This document shows positions 36,286-48,756 of a DNA stretch of 64,000 bases, piece by piece. The DNA comes from Babesia bigemina (taxonomy: Eukaryota): NCBI RefSeq assembly GCF_000981445.1, contig NC_027218.1, positions 1,612,001-1,676,000 of the forward strand, given 5' to 3'. Below the pieces are notes generated by a model. That model ran no database searches. It was not told where the DNA came from and saw nothing but the letters and a program-made list of their open reading frames with translations. The translations under genes and the position numbers were made by a program. Position 1 is the stretch's first letter. The number at the start of each line of letters is the position of its first letter.

Positions 36286-37651
36286 TCAGTTTCCGCAAGT
36301 GCGGAAGGCAGCGCCAGCGTAGCGAGCACGGGAACCAAGCTGTTCCTCAATGCGGATCAACTGGTTGTACTTGGCGTTGCGCTCGCTGCGGCAGGGAGCA
36401 CCAGTTTTGATCTGGCCTGTGCCGAGGGCGACAACGAGGTCGGCAATGAAGGTGTCCTCAGTCTCACCGGACCTGTGGGAAACCATCACACCCCAGCTGT
36501 TAGCGTGACTCAAAAGACAAGCGTCGATGGCCTCGGTGACAGATCCGATCTGGTTGACCTTCAACAAAAGAGCGTTGCAAGCCTTCTTGGCAAGGGCAGT
36601 CTCGATACGCTTGGGGTTAGTGACAAGCAAGTCGTCACCCACAATCTGAACGGCAGCGCCGATCTCGTCCGTCAACATCTTGTAAGACTCCCAGTCGTCT
36701 TGGTCGAAGGGGTCCTCAATGGAGACGATGGGGTACTTCTGGCAAAGCTCCTTGTAGTAGGCGACCATTTCGGGGCCAGACTTCATGCAAGGCTGCTCGC
36801 ACTTGAAACCCAAGTTGTAAGAACTAGACTCTTTGACGTAGAACTCGGAGGCAGCGACGTCCATGGCAATCTTGACCTGGCCGTCAAAGCCGGCCTTCTT
36901 GATGGACTCAACCAAGAGGTCAAGGGCCTCCTCAGCAGACTTGATGTTGGGCGCGAAACCACCCTCGTCACCCACGTTGGTCGCGTCCTGGCCGTACTTG
37001 GCGTTGATGACCTTCTTCAGGTTGTGGTATACTTCGCAACCCATGCGAATGGCCTCCCTGAAGGAAGGAGCGCCGACGGGGAGGATCATGAACTCCTGCA
37101 TGGCGAGGCTGTTACCGGCGTGGGAACCACCGTTGATGACGTTCAGGCAGGGAACTGGGAGGATGTAGTTGTCAGTCGGCTTGCCGGCAAGCTCAGCGAG
37201 GTGCTGGTACAGGGGGACCTTCTTGCTCTCGGCGGCGGCGCGGGCAGCGGCCATGGAGACAACCAAGATAGCGTTGGCTCCGAGGTTTGACTTGCAGTGA
37301 CCCCACTCGTTCATGCTACCGTCCAACTTCTTGACCATGAGGTCGTCCAATCCCTTCTGGTCACGGACATCATGACCCTTCACACCGGCGGCGATGGTGG
37401 TGTTGACGTTGTTGACGGCCTTCAACACACCCTTGCCAAGGTAGCGCGCTTTGTCACCATCACGGAGCTCTAGGGCCTCGTAGATGCCGGTGGAGGCGCC
37501 GGAAGGGCAGGCAGCCCTGAAGAGACCGTCAGCGGTGGCGAGGTCAACCTCGACCGTGGGATTTCCACGGGAGTCTGCGTAATGTGCAACACACAGGGCA
37601 GATAAACATACCAAGAATTTCGCGAGCATGAATCGAAGTAATCGAAGCCAT
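36286..37651 (-). CDS. ENO: Enolase, 2 exons
   Basis: [24 protein letters not shown] after removing a 37-nt intron; [45 protein letters not shown]. Confidence 0.98.
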
Positions 37652-37939
37652 TGTTAGAGTTTGCTGTTGGAAATGAAAGTGATGTTGCCCCCGGTGCCAA
37701 GCAGCCCCCCCCGCGCGTTTGGGCTCCCCGAATAGCACTACCCCGCGGTGCCAAATAGACGCGGCCCCCGCTGCAGCCTCGAGAATAAGGCGGGGACTCT
37801 AGGCCTGCGCCGTAGTGCGAGAGCGCCGCGGAAGAGACGAAGTTAGACATCCATCGCACACCACGGTGACACTGGAAGGACGTCACCGAAGACCCGCGCC
37901 AGTAAGCTGTCAGACATCGCGTTACAAACGCTCCTAAAT

Positions 37940-39091
37940 ATGGAGAATCGCGAATCGTATGAGGATTTGCAGGTTAGTGGCTGACTGCCGAGGTGACACG
38001 AAAGAGCTGTACACACCAGACACGACGGCTGACAACGTCGCAGGCCAAAATCGCAGACTACCGTGAAAAGATCCAGCTCGTACAAGAGGCGCTAGAGCAG
38101 GACCCTGACAACGATGAGCTCAAGGCCCTGCAGGCTGACCTTCTGGAGGTCATCCAGCTCACCGAGGACCTCATCCAGTACAAGAGGCAGAATGAAGCCA
38201 CGGCGATCTCCACCGCTGCGGCCGCCGAGGCGCCAGAGCCTGAGGAAGCGACGTCCGCAACAGGCGGGAATGCGCAATTTCTGGGTATGTCCGCCGCTGC
38301 AACCACACGGGGGTCATGCAATGCAGGGCGTATATGCGTAGTGCTCTACAATGGGAAGCAAAAGTTCGGGCAGATCATCCAGCTCTTGGGCGATTCGCCG
38401 AGCGACCAGGTTGTCATCCAGCTGGTGGGTTCGGGCGAGCAGTGCGCCCTGGCAGCCAAGGACCTCAAGCTCGTGGACGCGCCTGCGCCCGACCTTTGCA
38501 AGCCGGGTACCCTGGTCCAGGTGCTGTACTCCGAGGATGGGTAAGTATGCGCGTCAATTGGCAAACACGAATTGCTAGGCGATGGTACGACGCGGTGATT
38601 AACAGGGAGACCGAGACCGGATACGTCATCACGTACAAGGATTACAACATCTCCGAGGAGGTGGCGCGTGATTGGGTGCGGCTCAAGATCAGACAGGATG
38701 CCAAGTCCAAGGAGGTGAAGGAGATAGTGACGCCCGCGGGATACCGAATCCCGGAGAATCTCATCATCAAACAGAACGACAACGAGAAGGAAAAGATGAG
38801 GAAGAAGAAGCTCGTGCAAACCCTAAAGAAGCAGCAGAAGGCCGAAAGGATCGAGTCCGAGGCTAACCAGCGTGCCAACAGCTGGCGGAAGTTCCAGGAA
38901 AAGGTACGCTTTGCGCCGCTCGTAACAGCACCGTGCAGGCTGGCAGCAAGAACAAGAGCGGCTACATGACCGGCAAGCGCGAAGGCTCCATCTTCAGCAG
39001 CACAGACCAGGACACATCGCTCAGCGCACCCAACATTTTGTACAACTCTTTCGTGCCTCGCAAAAAGTTCGACTTCAACGAACGGTTCTAG
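37940..39091 (+). CDS. SPF30/SMNDC1 Tudor-domain splicing factor, 5 exons
   Basis: N-terminal QLVQEALEQDPDNDELKALQADLLEVIQLT, Tudor LYSEDG|RWYDAVI, C-terminal ANSWRKF..GSIF; four canonical introns. Confidence 0.85.
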
Positions 39092-39144
39092 AGGGGCACA
39101 CACCGCAACGCAGTCAATATATATATCGCAACACATTAAAGCAC

Positions 39145-41064
39145 ATGGCAGAGAGCGGGACGCAAAGCGCCGCTTTCAACGGCGTCAAGGGCGCCTGCCA
39201 CATCAGCGATGGCTTTCTGTTCTTCGAGACGGAGAGCGGCAAGTTCAAGTGGTCCTTCTCGACGTGGATACGGTCTGAGAAGTCGAAGAAGGCCGCAAAG
39301 GTCAGGCTGACGTTCACCGAGGGCCCTCTTAAATTGACGCCAGGTAAAACACCGCCTCAATTACCCACCAGCACGCTCAGATGACGCGCACGCTGAAGCC
39401 CTGGAGAAGGCTGTGATCGTTGTGGACTTCGGTGACGACAGGGACGTTCTTGAACGCTTCTGCAGCCAAGTATCGCAAGAATCCGCGCCAGTTAAGGTGC
39501 CTAAGGTCGTTCCGGAGGTTCCGGAGGCGCCTCGCAAGGCACCTCAGGAGGTAGTGGCAACCGCGGCACCGGTGCTGCCAAAGGAGGACCACAAAAGCAT
39601 AATCCACAGAAACAAGCAACGGCTTTTACAGGCCGGAGGAGACGTTGCCCAACTGTATCAGCAGTTGGTTGAGGCTGAGGAAGGCTCTGCGGAGGGCGTT
39701 GTGTCGCCGGACGACTTCTGGAGCCACCACAGCGTGGACCTTATCGCATCACTCGAGCAACCGGAGGCCCCGTCGCACCTAGACGGGTTCATCGCAATAC
39801 CGCCAAGCAGCGAATTCGTGAATGGGCACAGGCTCTACCGGTACAATCCCGAGCTGGGCAGGGCGCTCCTGGCGGAAGACGAGACCATCCGAACGCTCCA
39901 CCAAAAGTTCGTGCATGAGCGGCAATACCCCGCCGAAAGCTTCTGGAAACGCATACTGCAATCGCGTCACTTCTATCACATTATTGGGGAGAAGATTCCC
40001 GAAAACCAGGTGTTGTACGATGATATCAAGGGCGTACCGATCAAAAGCTTCGAGCAGCCTCAACCCGCTGTGGGCTCGGTGCTGCAGCAGGTCGACCCGT
40101 TGAGCGATGTGATACGCGTGGACGACTTGACGAAGCGCAAGCCGTCTGCTTCGTCAGTCGCCAAAAGGTTTGGAGACCAGGTGGCGGTCGACTCCAAGCC
40201 GTCCATCGTCGACCGGTTCAACGCACATGCTGCCAAGATCATTGACGGGTGCAGCCGTCCAAGCATCCTGATGGACTGCAAGGTGGACCCGAAAACGCTG
40301 GAGGAACGGGGTGAGTCAGACTTGCGTGGTTGCGAACATGCGCGCGCAGCGGAAACCGAACGCAAGCGTAAAATCGCGGACGTTTACTTTCACGACCTAT
40401 CGACGCAGTACGACCAAAGTACTGATGACATGTGCATCATACAGGGGCTGAACATGCCCGGTTACGCCAGCAGCCGGTCGAACTCCTTCGACGAGCAACG
40501 GGGCGACCACAGGGAGCCCGTTAAGAAAATCGCCTTCAAGATGCGCACCAACGCGGACATGGCGCGCGAGATCAGCCAATCCGTCGAGGAAATGCGGCGG
40601 TTCGACATAATAAAGTATATCCGGCGGCCGATGAACGACGACACCGCCAGCAGGCGCATGTTCATCCTCAACACCAAGCTCTGCCAGTCGGAAAAGATCA
40701 CCCAAACGGTGCCTCGTAAGTCAACCCCGCCACTTCCTTTAACCACCGCTCAGTGGAGTACGACGACACGACCGTGAACAGGATGCGCCAGTACCAGATG
40801 AGCATCATGGAGATTCTGCAACTCTACTACAAGACCCTGCTGCCCGAGGAGCAGAAGCGGCTGAAGCTGCTCATTGCGATTCGGCAGCTGAAGGGTAAGC
40901 TGGAGGGCCAGCAGGAGTTCGGCATTTCTGCCTACGCCGCGAAGCCGCTCCAGACGGGCCTCATGAACCAGATCACTGCGGTGGAGGTCTATGATACAAA
41001 ATTGAAAGCGTTCGTCGCGGACCTCAGGAACCAGGCGCAGCAGCGCATAGTTAAGCCTAAGTGA
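39145..41064 (+). CDS. TFIIH p62 (Tfb1/GTF2H1)-like BSD-domain protein, 3 exons
   Basis: PH-like N-terminus and two BSD-like segments (LYQQLV..SPDDFW; LHQKFV..AESFWKRILQSRHF); introns at ~39344-39380 and ~40716-40753. Confidence 0.7.
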
Positions 41065-41069
41065 GCGGT

Positions 41070-42833
41070 TCACATGCCGGGCGTGTTGCCGCTGAGCACC
41101 AGGTGCGATGACTTTGACTCCGCCTGATGGGTGAGTAGCGCCTTCATGGTGGGCAGCCCCTCCAGCGGGTTGAGCTTCGACATACGCTCTGAAACACTGT
41201 AAATTACAAATGCGCAAAACTCACCGCGTTCTATCCGCTTGATCTTACGCTCCTGCTTGTTCAGTCCCGGTTTCTTCCCGTGGAAGCTCCAGGATATCTG
41301 TCGGAACGCCTCCTTGGGCGACAGTCGGCGGCCGTACTCGTCCAGATAGTGCAGCGTGATGTCCTTTCCCACCTCCGACAGATCCTTCTTATCCTCGATG
41401 ATGTCGCCCTTCTCCTTCAGGTATGCCAGCGCCGCCGCTATACCCGAGGTCATCGGGGCGCTGTTGTCGACGCTGCCGTCGGGGTACTCCACCGTGTCGT
41501 CAGCGTCATCGTCGGCTGCCTCTGCACCCGACGCTTTAGAGCCGCGCTGGCTGGCACGCTGAACTGTGATCTCCTCCTCGTACTGCCTGGGCTTAACTGC
41601 TTTTATGAGCTCGGACGTGGCGTTGATCTGGAGCCCGGGTGCGTCGGCGACGACCGCCCCCGTGTCTATAACGCTGGTGCGTACTGCGGTCTCCGCAACT
41701 TGCCCAGGTTCCTCGGTTTTGACCGTGGAAAGAATGCGATTGCGATGTTTAGACAGCTGGGCGTAGAGGTGGTCGCACTCCTCCACATCGTCCATGTCCA
41801 GCGTCACGCGCTTCACGATCTGCGACGGAGCAACTTCATCCGCCGCTGCTGGACTATCCGCTTGTGCCGAACTTCTGGCGTTTGTGGAACCGGAACTGAA
41901 AACCTTGTCCCAGTTCACCGGACGATGGCGATTCTTTAACAGATCCTTCTTGCGCTGCAGCCCGCCGAAGTCAAAACTCTCCTCGGTAGGCTGTGTCAAC
42001 ATCGTGGCGGCCTTCTTGGGAGCCGGTTCCACGCCGCTGTCCAAATCCACGTAGAACCCTCGCTTGCCTCCCGCCAGGTTGGAAAGCGTGGACCCCTGGT
42101 ACTCCTCCACCGCCCGGTCGTACTTGCGCAGGATGTCTGTCTTCCCGTCAGCGTCTTCCTCCTCCTCGTAGGGGTTGTACTCCGCAGTTTCTCCGCCGGC
42201 GCCGCGACTACCGCCCTTGAGGTTAACGCCGCCGCGCTTGGCGAGCTCGGGGTTTTCCAAAAAGTTCACCTCCGCGACACCCGCCGACTCGGCCTCCAGC
42301 ACGCCCACATCGGCCAGCGTGAGCACAACCTCCTTGCCGGAATCCAACGGCAGCTCGTCGACTTTGTGCAGTACCTTCAGCTTGGCGCCGCTCTTGACTG
42401 CTGAAGCCGTCCGCTTCGGCGGCGCGGCCGGCGCGACGGGCTCCTCCTCTTCGTCGTCGCTGTAGTTCAGCGTGCCCATACGTTTGCGGCGGTGGATCGC
42501 GGCCATTCGGCGTGACCACGCCTCCACATCGAGCGAGCTGTAGGCGCCGTCTACCGCCCCGGCTTCGCCATCGACACCCGGTGGCGCCAAGTCATCGCTC
42601 TTCGCCAACAGGTCGGCGATTCCGCCGCCTTCGATCAGGCGCTTGCGCGCCGCTACGCTCTCATCTATTTCGTCGTTGTCTACCGCCTTGGTTTCCGGCG
42701 CCTTGGCGGCACTCCCCTCCGCGGCTGGAGTGGAATCACGCACCGCCAGCGGCTTCAGACCCAGCTTCAGCCGGATCGCGTTCGTCTCCTCTATGGAGCA
42801 GGACAGCGCGCCATCGCCCCCGGGGAGCTCCAT
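41070..42833 (-). CDS. SART1: SART1/Snu66 U4/U6.U5 tri-snRNP protein
   Basis: HIND motif SCSIEETNAIRLKLGLKPL, VVLTLAD.GVL, and YLDEYGRRLSPKEAFRQISWSFHGKKPG; a 36-nt in-frame intron lies near the 3' end (~41189-41224). Confidence 0.92.
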   Translation of the reverse strand: MELPGGDGALSCSIEETNAIRLKLGLKPLAVRDSTPAAEGSAAKAPETKAVDNDEIDESVAARKRLIEGGGIADLLAKSDDLAPPGVDGEAGAVDGAYSSLDVEAWSRRMAAIHRRKRMGTLNYSDDEEEEPVAPAAPPKRTASAVKSGAKLKVLHKVDELPLDSGKEVVLTLADVGVLEAESAGVAEVNFLENPELAKRGGVNLKGGSRGAGGETAEYNPYEEEEDADGKTDILRKYDRAVEEYQGSTLSNLAGGKRGFYVDLDSGVEPAPKKAATMLTQPTEESFDFGGLQRKKDLLKNRHRPVNWDKVFSSGSTNARSSAQADSPAAADEVAPSQIVKRVTLDMDDVEECDHLYAQLSKHRNRILSTVKTEEPGQVAETAVRTSVIDTGAVVADAPGLQINATSELIKAVKPRQYEEEITVQRASQRGSKASGAEAADDDADDTVEYPDGSVDNSAPMTSGIAAALAYLKEKGDIIEDKKDLSEVGKDITLHYLDEYGRRLSPKEAFRQISWSFHGKKPGLNKQERKIKRIERGEFCAFVIYSVSERMSKLNPLEGLPTMKALLTHQAESKSSHLVLSGNTPGM

Positions 42834-43439
42834 TTTTTTATGTGCGATTTACATTACTGTGCTATTGCCTCGCTCGTGGTGCGCGCGCCCTCGGCAAGGG
42901 TCTACGGTCACACACTTCGCGCAACCAACGACGCAGTTTGGATTCCGAATGCACTACTATAGCGGCTAAATATCGCGTGCCCACAGGCAAGGTGATTTCA
43001 TGCAGGGAATCAACGAGAATCCACGGCACTGCGCGATCGAGTGGTTGCGCCAAAAAAAGCTATGCACGCAGGAAGGCGCTCGAGTAACACCGCATTTGTA
43101 TCCTATCTCTATGTATAAGTGAGCACCCGCTTCGTCCGAAGTCGGTCGCTGTGCTCCGTTGAGTGCTATGTCTGTTTGGACATACACAGCAACGGCGTTA
43201 AGCGCCGTGCATTTCGCTGTCCTAAGCCTCATACTGATAACATACAGCGCGGATACTGCCCGCAGCATCCCGCAGATTCAGGAGCGAATCGTGCGCAGGT
43301 GGCAGAGTGCGCCCGTATTATTCTTGTTGACATCTACCCTACAGGCAGGTCGCGAGCGGAAGACGCCGCACACCTTAGGCGCTCGCAATCCCCAACGACA
43401 CTCAGGCACTGGCGATGTTTAAAGACACACGACGTTCAA

Positions 43440-44847
43440 ATGGCGCTTAATTCCGAAGAAGGGCGGCCCGCAGTAGGGGAGCAGGAAGACTCGGGCCTGC
43501 ACGGGGACAGCCGCGCTGGAGTCGTCGCAGGGGCCCCTGCGGTGGACGGCAGCGGCCTTTCAAGCGAATCGATGGGCGAGCAAATAGCGGCGAGCTCGCG
43601 GGAGCAGCCCGCGAAATCTGCGACGAGATGGGAGGACGCTGTGTTGGCGACGCAGACAGCCGTCACTGAGCACCTGGAGAGCTTCAAAGTGAAGGCGGAA
43701 ACGCCGATACCCGCCAGCACGATGCCGTGCATTTTGGACGAGAACACCAAGGTGGTGGGCGAGACGCAAGAGGGCCAGCAGGGTCCGGCGGGACAGGGCC
43801 CGGGTGCGGTGCTGTTCGACTCGTACTACCAGCTGCCGCCGAAGGAGCTAATCGCGTTAGCGGCTTCTGCCACGAGGTCGTGCAGCCTCTTCTCGTTCAG
43901 GAAGGATGAGAGGCGCTCGGCACGTCGCGCCAAGGCGGATGATCCGAGGTCTAAGAATAGGTACGTCGCGAGCGCTCCTAGTCACACGAGAGCAGCGTTG
44001 GCCACGAGGACGGGCGCCATGGCAACCTCATTCCGTACGAACCGCTCTTGGAGCCCATGAACATACCCGGTCACGATCAGCCCCTGGAGCCGGAGAACGG
44101 GCACGGGAAACCACACCACTCCCACGGCCACGAGCAAAGGTAGGATGTTGCTTCGACCGCGTCACTCGTTGCAGAAGCGGTGGCGCCAACCACCCCAAGC
44201 ACCCCGGGCGCCAGCGGGAGCACACGCACCCGAAGGGGGGCGCGCACATGCCAGGCGACAGGAAGCCGAAACACACGGACGGGCAACCGTTGCCGTCTAA
44301 GCAAAACACGAAGGCGAAAGGGCCTGCTGGTGGCGCCGGCAGGTGGAGCGCGCCGAAGCCCACTGACGGCATATTCTCGCTGGGCAGCCTGCGGCCCGAG
44401 AGCCCGAGCGCGACTCCGAACACGGCAAACGATTCCCACGCAATGTCTTTCAAGAACCTCAGCCAGATGGTGCATGACCTGCATATCAAGAAGACGGTTT
44501 CGCTCAGGCACAGCGACGACGTCATGAACATGACCCCGCAGGATGTGTCCAACTTCACTTTCATCGACGAGGAGTCGCACATCCCGCTGAAGAGCTCGCA
44601 GTTCAGCAAGTTCTTCAGCGTTGTGGGTCAGCAGCACAAGGCCGGTAGGTTCCCCGTGGCGCAAGCGACAATCGGCGCAGAGCAGGCGAGGCTTGCCGCG
44701 CAAGGCGAGGGATCGGACATACCAGGAATGAATGTAGCAGGTGAGCAGGCGCGCATTTCACCACACACCCGTGCAGGGGACGCGAAAAATCGCGAACGGG
44801 CCAGCCAATTACTGCAGCAGATGCTGGCCAGGAAGACATCACCATAA
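43440..44847 (+). CDS. Hypothetical low-complexity protein, about 5 exons
   Basis: ATG 43440; four canonical ~35-nt introns join the coding-biased ORF segments through to ...LARKTSP. Confidence 0.65.
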
Positions 44848-44990
44848 CACACGCAGCGCCAGTCGCTCCGCCGTCGGAACACATTTTAATAATTCATTGT
44901 AAACGAGCCCAACGACCCGCCGGGCGACGCTATAGCCGACTTTCACTGGGCGTCGTGCGTCCGAGGAGCCGCGCGCACGAAACCGCCGCC

Positions 44991-46991
44991 ATGCGTTCGG
45001 CCGGCGCGGCCGTAGCCGTGCTACTGGCGGCGGCGCTGCCGCTGCTGACGGTCGGTCCGCAGAAGGTCGCGGCGAGGGGGTGGAATCCCGGTGAGTGGCA
45101 CTGCCTACCCATGGAAGCCTCGCTCAGACGATGACCGGATAAAGCGGTTCAACGAGGCCATGACGACCAGGTACGCCTCCCAACGCCACCGAAGTGTGAC
45201 CTTTGTGCAGATACGGCGTGATTCCACATGAGGGCAACCCGGCGGCCGCGTTCGACAAGTTCAAGGAGGTGAGCATCAGCAGCCGCTTGCGACAAAGTGC
45301 AGCTGGCCGACGGCCCTGTGGACGCCGTTACCGTGCAGTGCTGGTACGAGATGGGCAAGATACGCCTGTTCGGTTGGTTTCGTGCAGCATGAGCGCCGAC
45401 ATCGCCCTCAGGGTACGACTCGTTCTACTTCTGGAGGAAGCGCGACGCAGCCGAGGCAAGGGACCTTTTCAAAAAGGCTGCAGACCGCAACCATGCGCCC
45501 GCTCAGTTCTACCTGAGCTTCGTCTACACCTTCAATGACACCGGGTCGTTTGGCCGTGACGCCCAAAAGGCCATCGCCTACCTCAAGAGGGCCGCAGCGC
45601 TCAACTACGTGCCAGCTATTCTCGCCGTCGCGTACCGGCTGCTGTACGGCATAGGGTGCGCCAAAGACGTCAAAGCCGCAACTGCGCTATACAAGAAGGC
45701 GTCCCGACTCAGCCGGCGGAGCACCGACGCGCTGACGTACATGACCCCGTCCGACGATTTCGTGCTGGACGAACGAAGCGTGGAGGCGTTCAAGAGGGCG
45801 GCTTCGGTCACCCTGCAGAGCGAGGAAAAGCAGAAGAAGGAGGCCATGCGGTACTGGGAGTCCAAGGCGGCTGAGGGCGACGGCCTGGCGATGTACGAGA
45901 TGGGCAAGCTGCTGGAGAACGAGCCTGCGGCCGAGTCGACCGTGGCCCAGCTGTACCGGCAGGCGAGCGACAACGGCGTGGTGGCAGCGACCCGCGACCT
46001 GGGCGTGTGCTACATGAACGGCATCGGCGTGCCGCAAAACGCCGAGAAGGCTGTGCAGTACCTGACAGCCGCCGCCGAGCAGGGCGACCACGAGGCGTCC
46101 AAGTACCTCGGCTACCTGTACTACACCGGCGTGGAAAGGCCGCAGGAGGGCAAGCCGGTGAAGCGCAACGACGAGCTGGCTGCGAGGCACTTCGCGGAGG
46201 CTGCGAAGCACGAGGTGCCGGAGGCGCTGTACTTCATGGGCGAGATCCTCTCGAAAAGGGGGAAGGCGGTCGTCGGGATCCGGCCCCAGCACAAGCTCGC
46301 CAAGGCGCTGGCCATGTACCGCGCCGCGGCGGATCACGGCCTCACGCACGCGCTGTCGAGGGAGGCCGAGATGCTGGAACGCGGCAGCGGCGCGAAGCCC
46401 AACCCCACGAGGGTCGCCATGATATACAAGTCGCTTGCCGAGGGGCCCTTCACGAGCACGACGATCACCGACAGCTTCTACGCCTACGTGGATGGCGACT
46501 ACCTCAGTGCCTTCCTGTTTAACGCGCTGGCAGCCTTTGCCGGCGTGCAGGTCGCGCAGCTCAACCTCGGCCACCTGTTCGTGAGCGGCAGGGGCCTGAA
46601 ACACCTGGATGGCGCCCGGAGCGTCGCGAAAAGCGCGCTGTCGCAGTGCTTCCTGCAGGGTGACCCGAGGGCGCTGCGGCTGCTGGGCACCATCGCAGAA
46701 CGGGAGGGGCAGCTCAAGGTGGCGGCGGAGCTCTATAGCAAGGGCTTCAAGGGCGGCGACATCGAGTGCCTGGACCCGCTTGCCAACATCCTGGCATCGC
46801 AGCGGGCGACGTGGAGGAAGGCAATTGCGCTGCTGGAGCACAAGCAGTACCGCCGAGCCCGCAACACCGACGGCACGCCCCCAGGGGTCCACCGCACCCT
46901 GGACGGCGTGAGAACCTGGTGGCGCATCAAGGCGCTGAGGGCCAAGCGCGCAATCGCGAAGTACACGACTCGCGATGCGGACGAGTTGTAG
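44991..46991 (+). CDS. Sel1-repeat secretory-pathway protein (SEL1L/Hrd3-like), 5 exons
   Basis: Signal peptide MRSAGAAVAVLLAAALPLL; multiple Sel1 repeats (LGVCYMNGIGVPQNAEKAVQYLTAAAEQG); C-terminal ADEL. Confidence 0.85.
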
Positions 46992-47348
46992 CTGGACGGC
47001 GCGGGCGGTGCTCGGAGGGTCGCTGACCTCGTAAGCCCTGCATCCTGCCAACCGCACACAGCGAAACACACTGCTTGATAAAATGCCACTGGCGGTGAAA
47101 CGTTCACACAAGCTCGCCTATCGAGAATGGTGCACTTTTATAGTACATTTGTGACTAAAGGCCGCAGGCGCGTATCACCTGCTGCAGCGGGCCAGGCGAC
47201 GTCGGCCGACCCAACAGCTGAGAGACGCGCTCCAACGTGGCGTAAACGCTCATAAACGACCTTAAGAAGCGCTGCGATACTCTTCCGACGCGTCTCACGT
47301 CGTAGTGAGGGCGTACACCGACCACCGGCCTGGCGGCGGCGTTACATG

Positions 47349-48046
47349 CTAGATGACCCTGCCGGCGAGGCCCGTCTCCACTTCGCTGGGCGCGTAGATG
47401 TAATCCACGCTGCCCAACGCGCCGCCGTCCTGGTAGACGAACTCCGATGCGATGTTGTGCTCCCCGGGCAGCGTGCACTCGTTCGGCATCACTGGCTCCT
47501 GCAGTCCGCTGAACTTCTCGCTGGGGCAGCGGTTGACGTCCGCCGTCAGGCGGTAGAAGGGGAACTTCAGCAGCCCGTACAGGTGCCTCGCCTTGTTGAT
47601 CTCGTACGGCTTGAAGGGGAACTGCGGCAGGTTGTAGCGCAGCACCGACGGGAAGTAAGGCTTGGGCACAAGTGCGTCGTCGCTCTCCAGACGTGAGACC
47701 AGCCAGCGCAGTCCGGCGTCCTCGCGGAGCAGGGGCTGAACAGGCATGACACCGCCGGCCGCTCGGCGTTCAAACCAACCTCGACAGCCGGGTGGCGCAG
47801 CACACGCGCCGGCACGCTGGCGGACTCGCGCGCCACGAAGGACGGTTGCGATACGGAATCGCTCGGCAAGCGATCCACAATGTCCGACGCCCAGTGCATC
47901 AGCAGCCGGCGCGCCGAGCTCGAGCGCAGAACGCGGCACTCCTCCTGGCGCACGCCGCCGAAGCGGCGTAAGATATTGCAGCGCAGCTGGAGCGCGATCA
48001 TGCGCAAAAACATGGCACGATGCGCCTCGCTCCGGAACGCCGACAT
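47349..48046 (-). CDS. Hypothetical protein, 2 exons; Arg-rich N-terminus (possible mitochondrial presequence)
   Basis: A canonical intron (~47737-47779) joins MSAFRSEAH..PAVE to PLLREDAGLRWL..PKPYFPSVLRYNLPQFPF; the second exon has coding-like codon bias. Confidence 0.6.
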
Positions 48047-48756
48047 TTATGTGCGATATTGCGGAAAACTAGTGCGCTACGCGATCTAGAGATACCACGG
48101 CGAGGGCACGACGCCGTCTACAGCAGCCTCGCGCATCCGGACGCGCAGCGGTACTTCATGCTATTGTCTGCGGCGCCTCGGCGGCGGTGACATTATTTGA
48201 GGGCGTCGAAAAACCGTTTAACGATGGAATCCGTCGAAGTGAGAGATCGTGACGAAAATTCTCGCCTGCAGGGTTGCGCGCAAAACGTTCCATGCAGGGT
48301 CCAGCGGCTAGCTTCGGCGACAGCGCGGCGGCGCCATTTATTTTAAGTTACGCATAAATAAAAATTTCGAGGGGAGCCCGCAGTCTACTGCATGTGAAAT
48401 TACCCATTGAAGTTTGCATCTGGGGATCGCGCTTCGGCAACGAGTCAGGACTCAACCGCGATACGATCCGGTCTTAAACTGCCGTGAGGGGAGTCACTGA
48501 AGCGCGGCTGTGTGACAGTACGGACAACAGCGCCATCTGCGAGACCACGCGACTCGCTGACCTAGCTCGGCGATTCGTCATCCAAGCGGCCGGCACGTCG
48601 CTGCGAGCCATCAGAGGCAGCTCCAGCTGCCGCGGAGTTCACAATTCTTGCCACCTAACTAGGGAATTAGAACGCCCTAATAATGATGATCGCGAATGTG
48701 CGAGGTTGCAGTCGCCGCGCACAGACAAGCGATCGTATTTCACAGAAGGATTCGAC

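Noticed and set aside
36259..37290. 343-aa plus-strand ORF
   Set aside because: Antisense shadow of the highly codon-biased enolase.
45687..47111. 474-aa minus-strand ORF
   Set aside because: Antisense shadow of the Sel1-repeat gene.
48484..48756. GTG-started N-terminal extension of the AP2-like ORF
   Set aside because: Eukaryotic gene; the first in-frame ATG is at 48757 and the extension looks like UTR.
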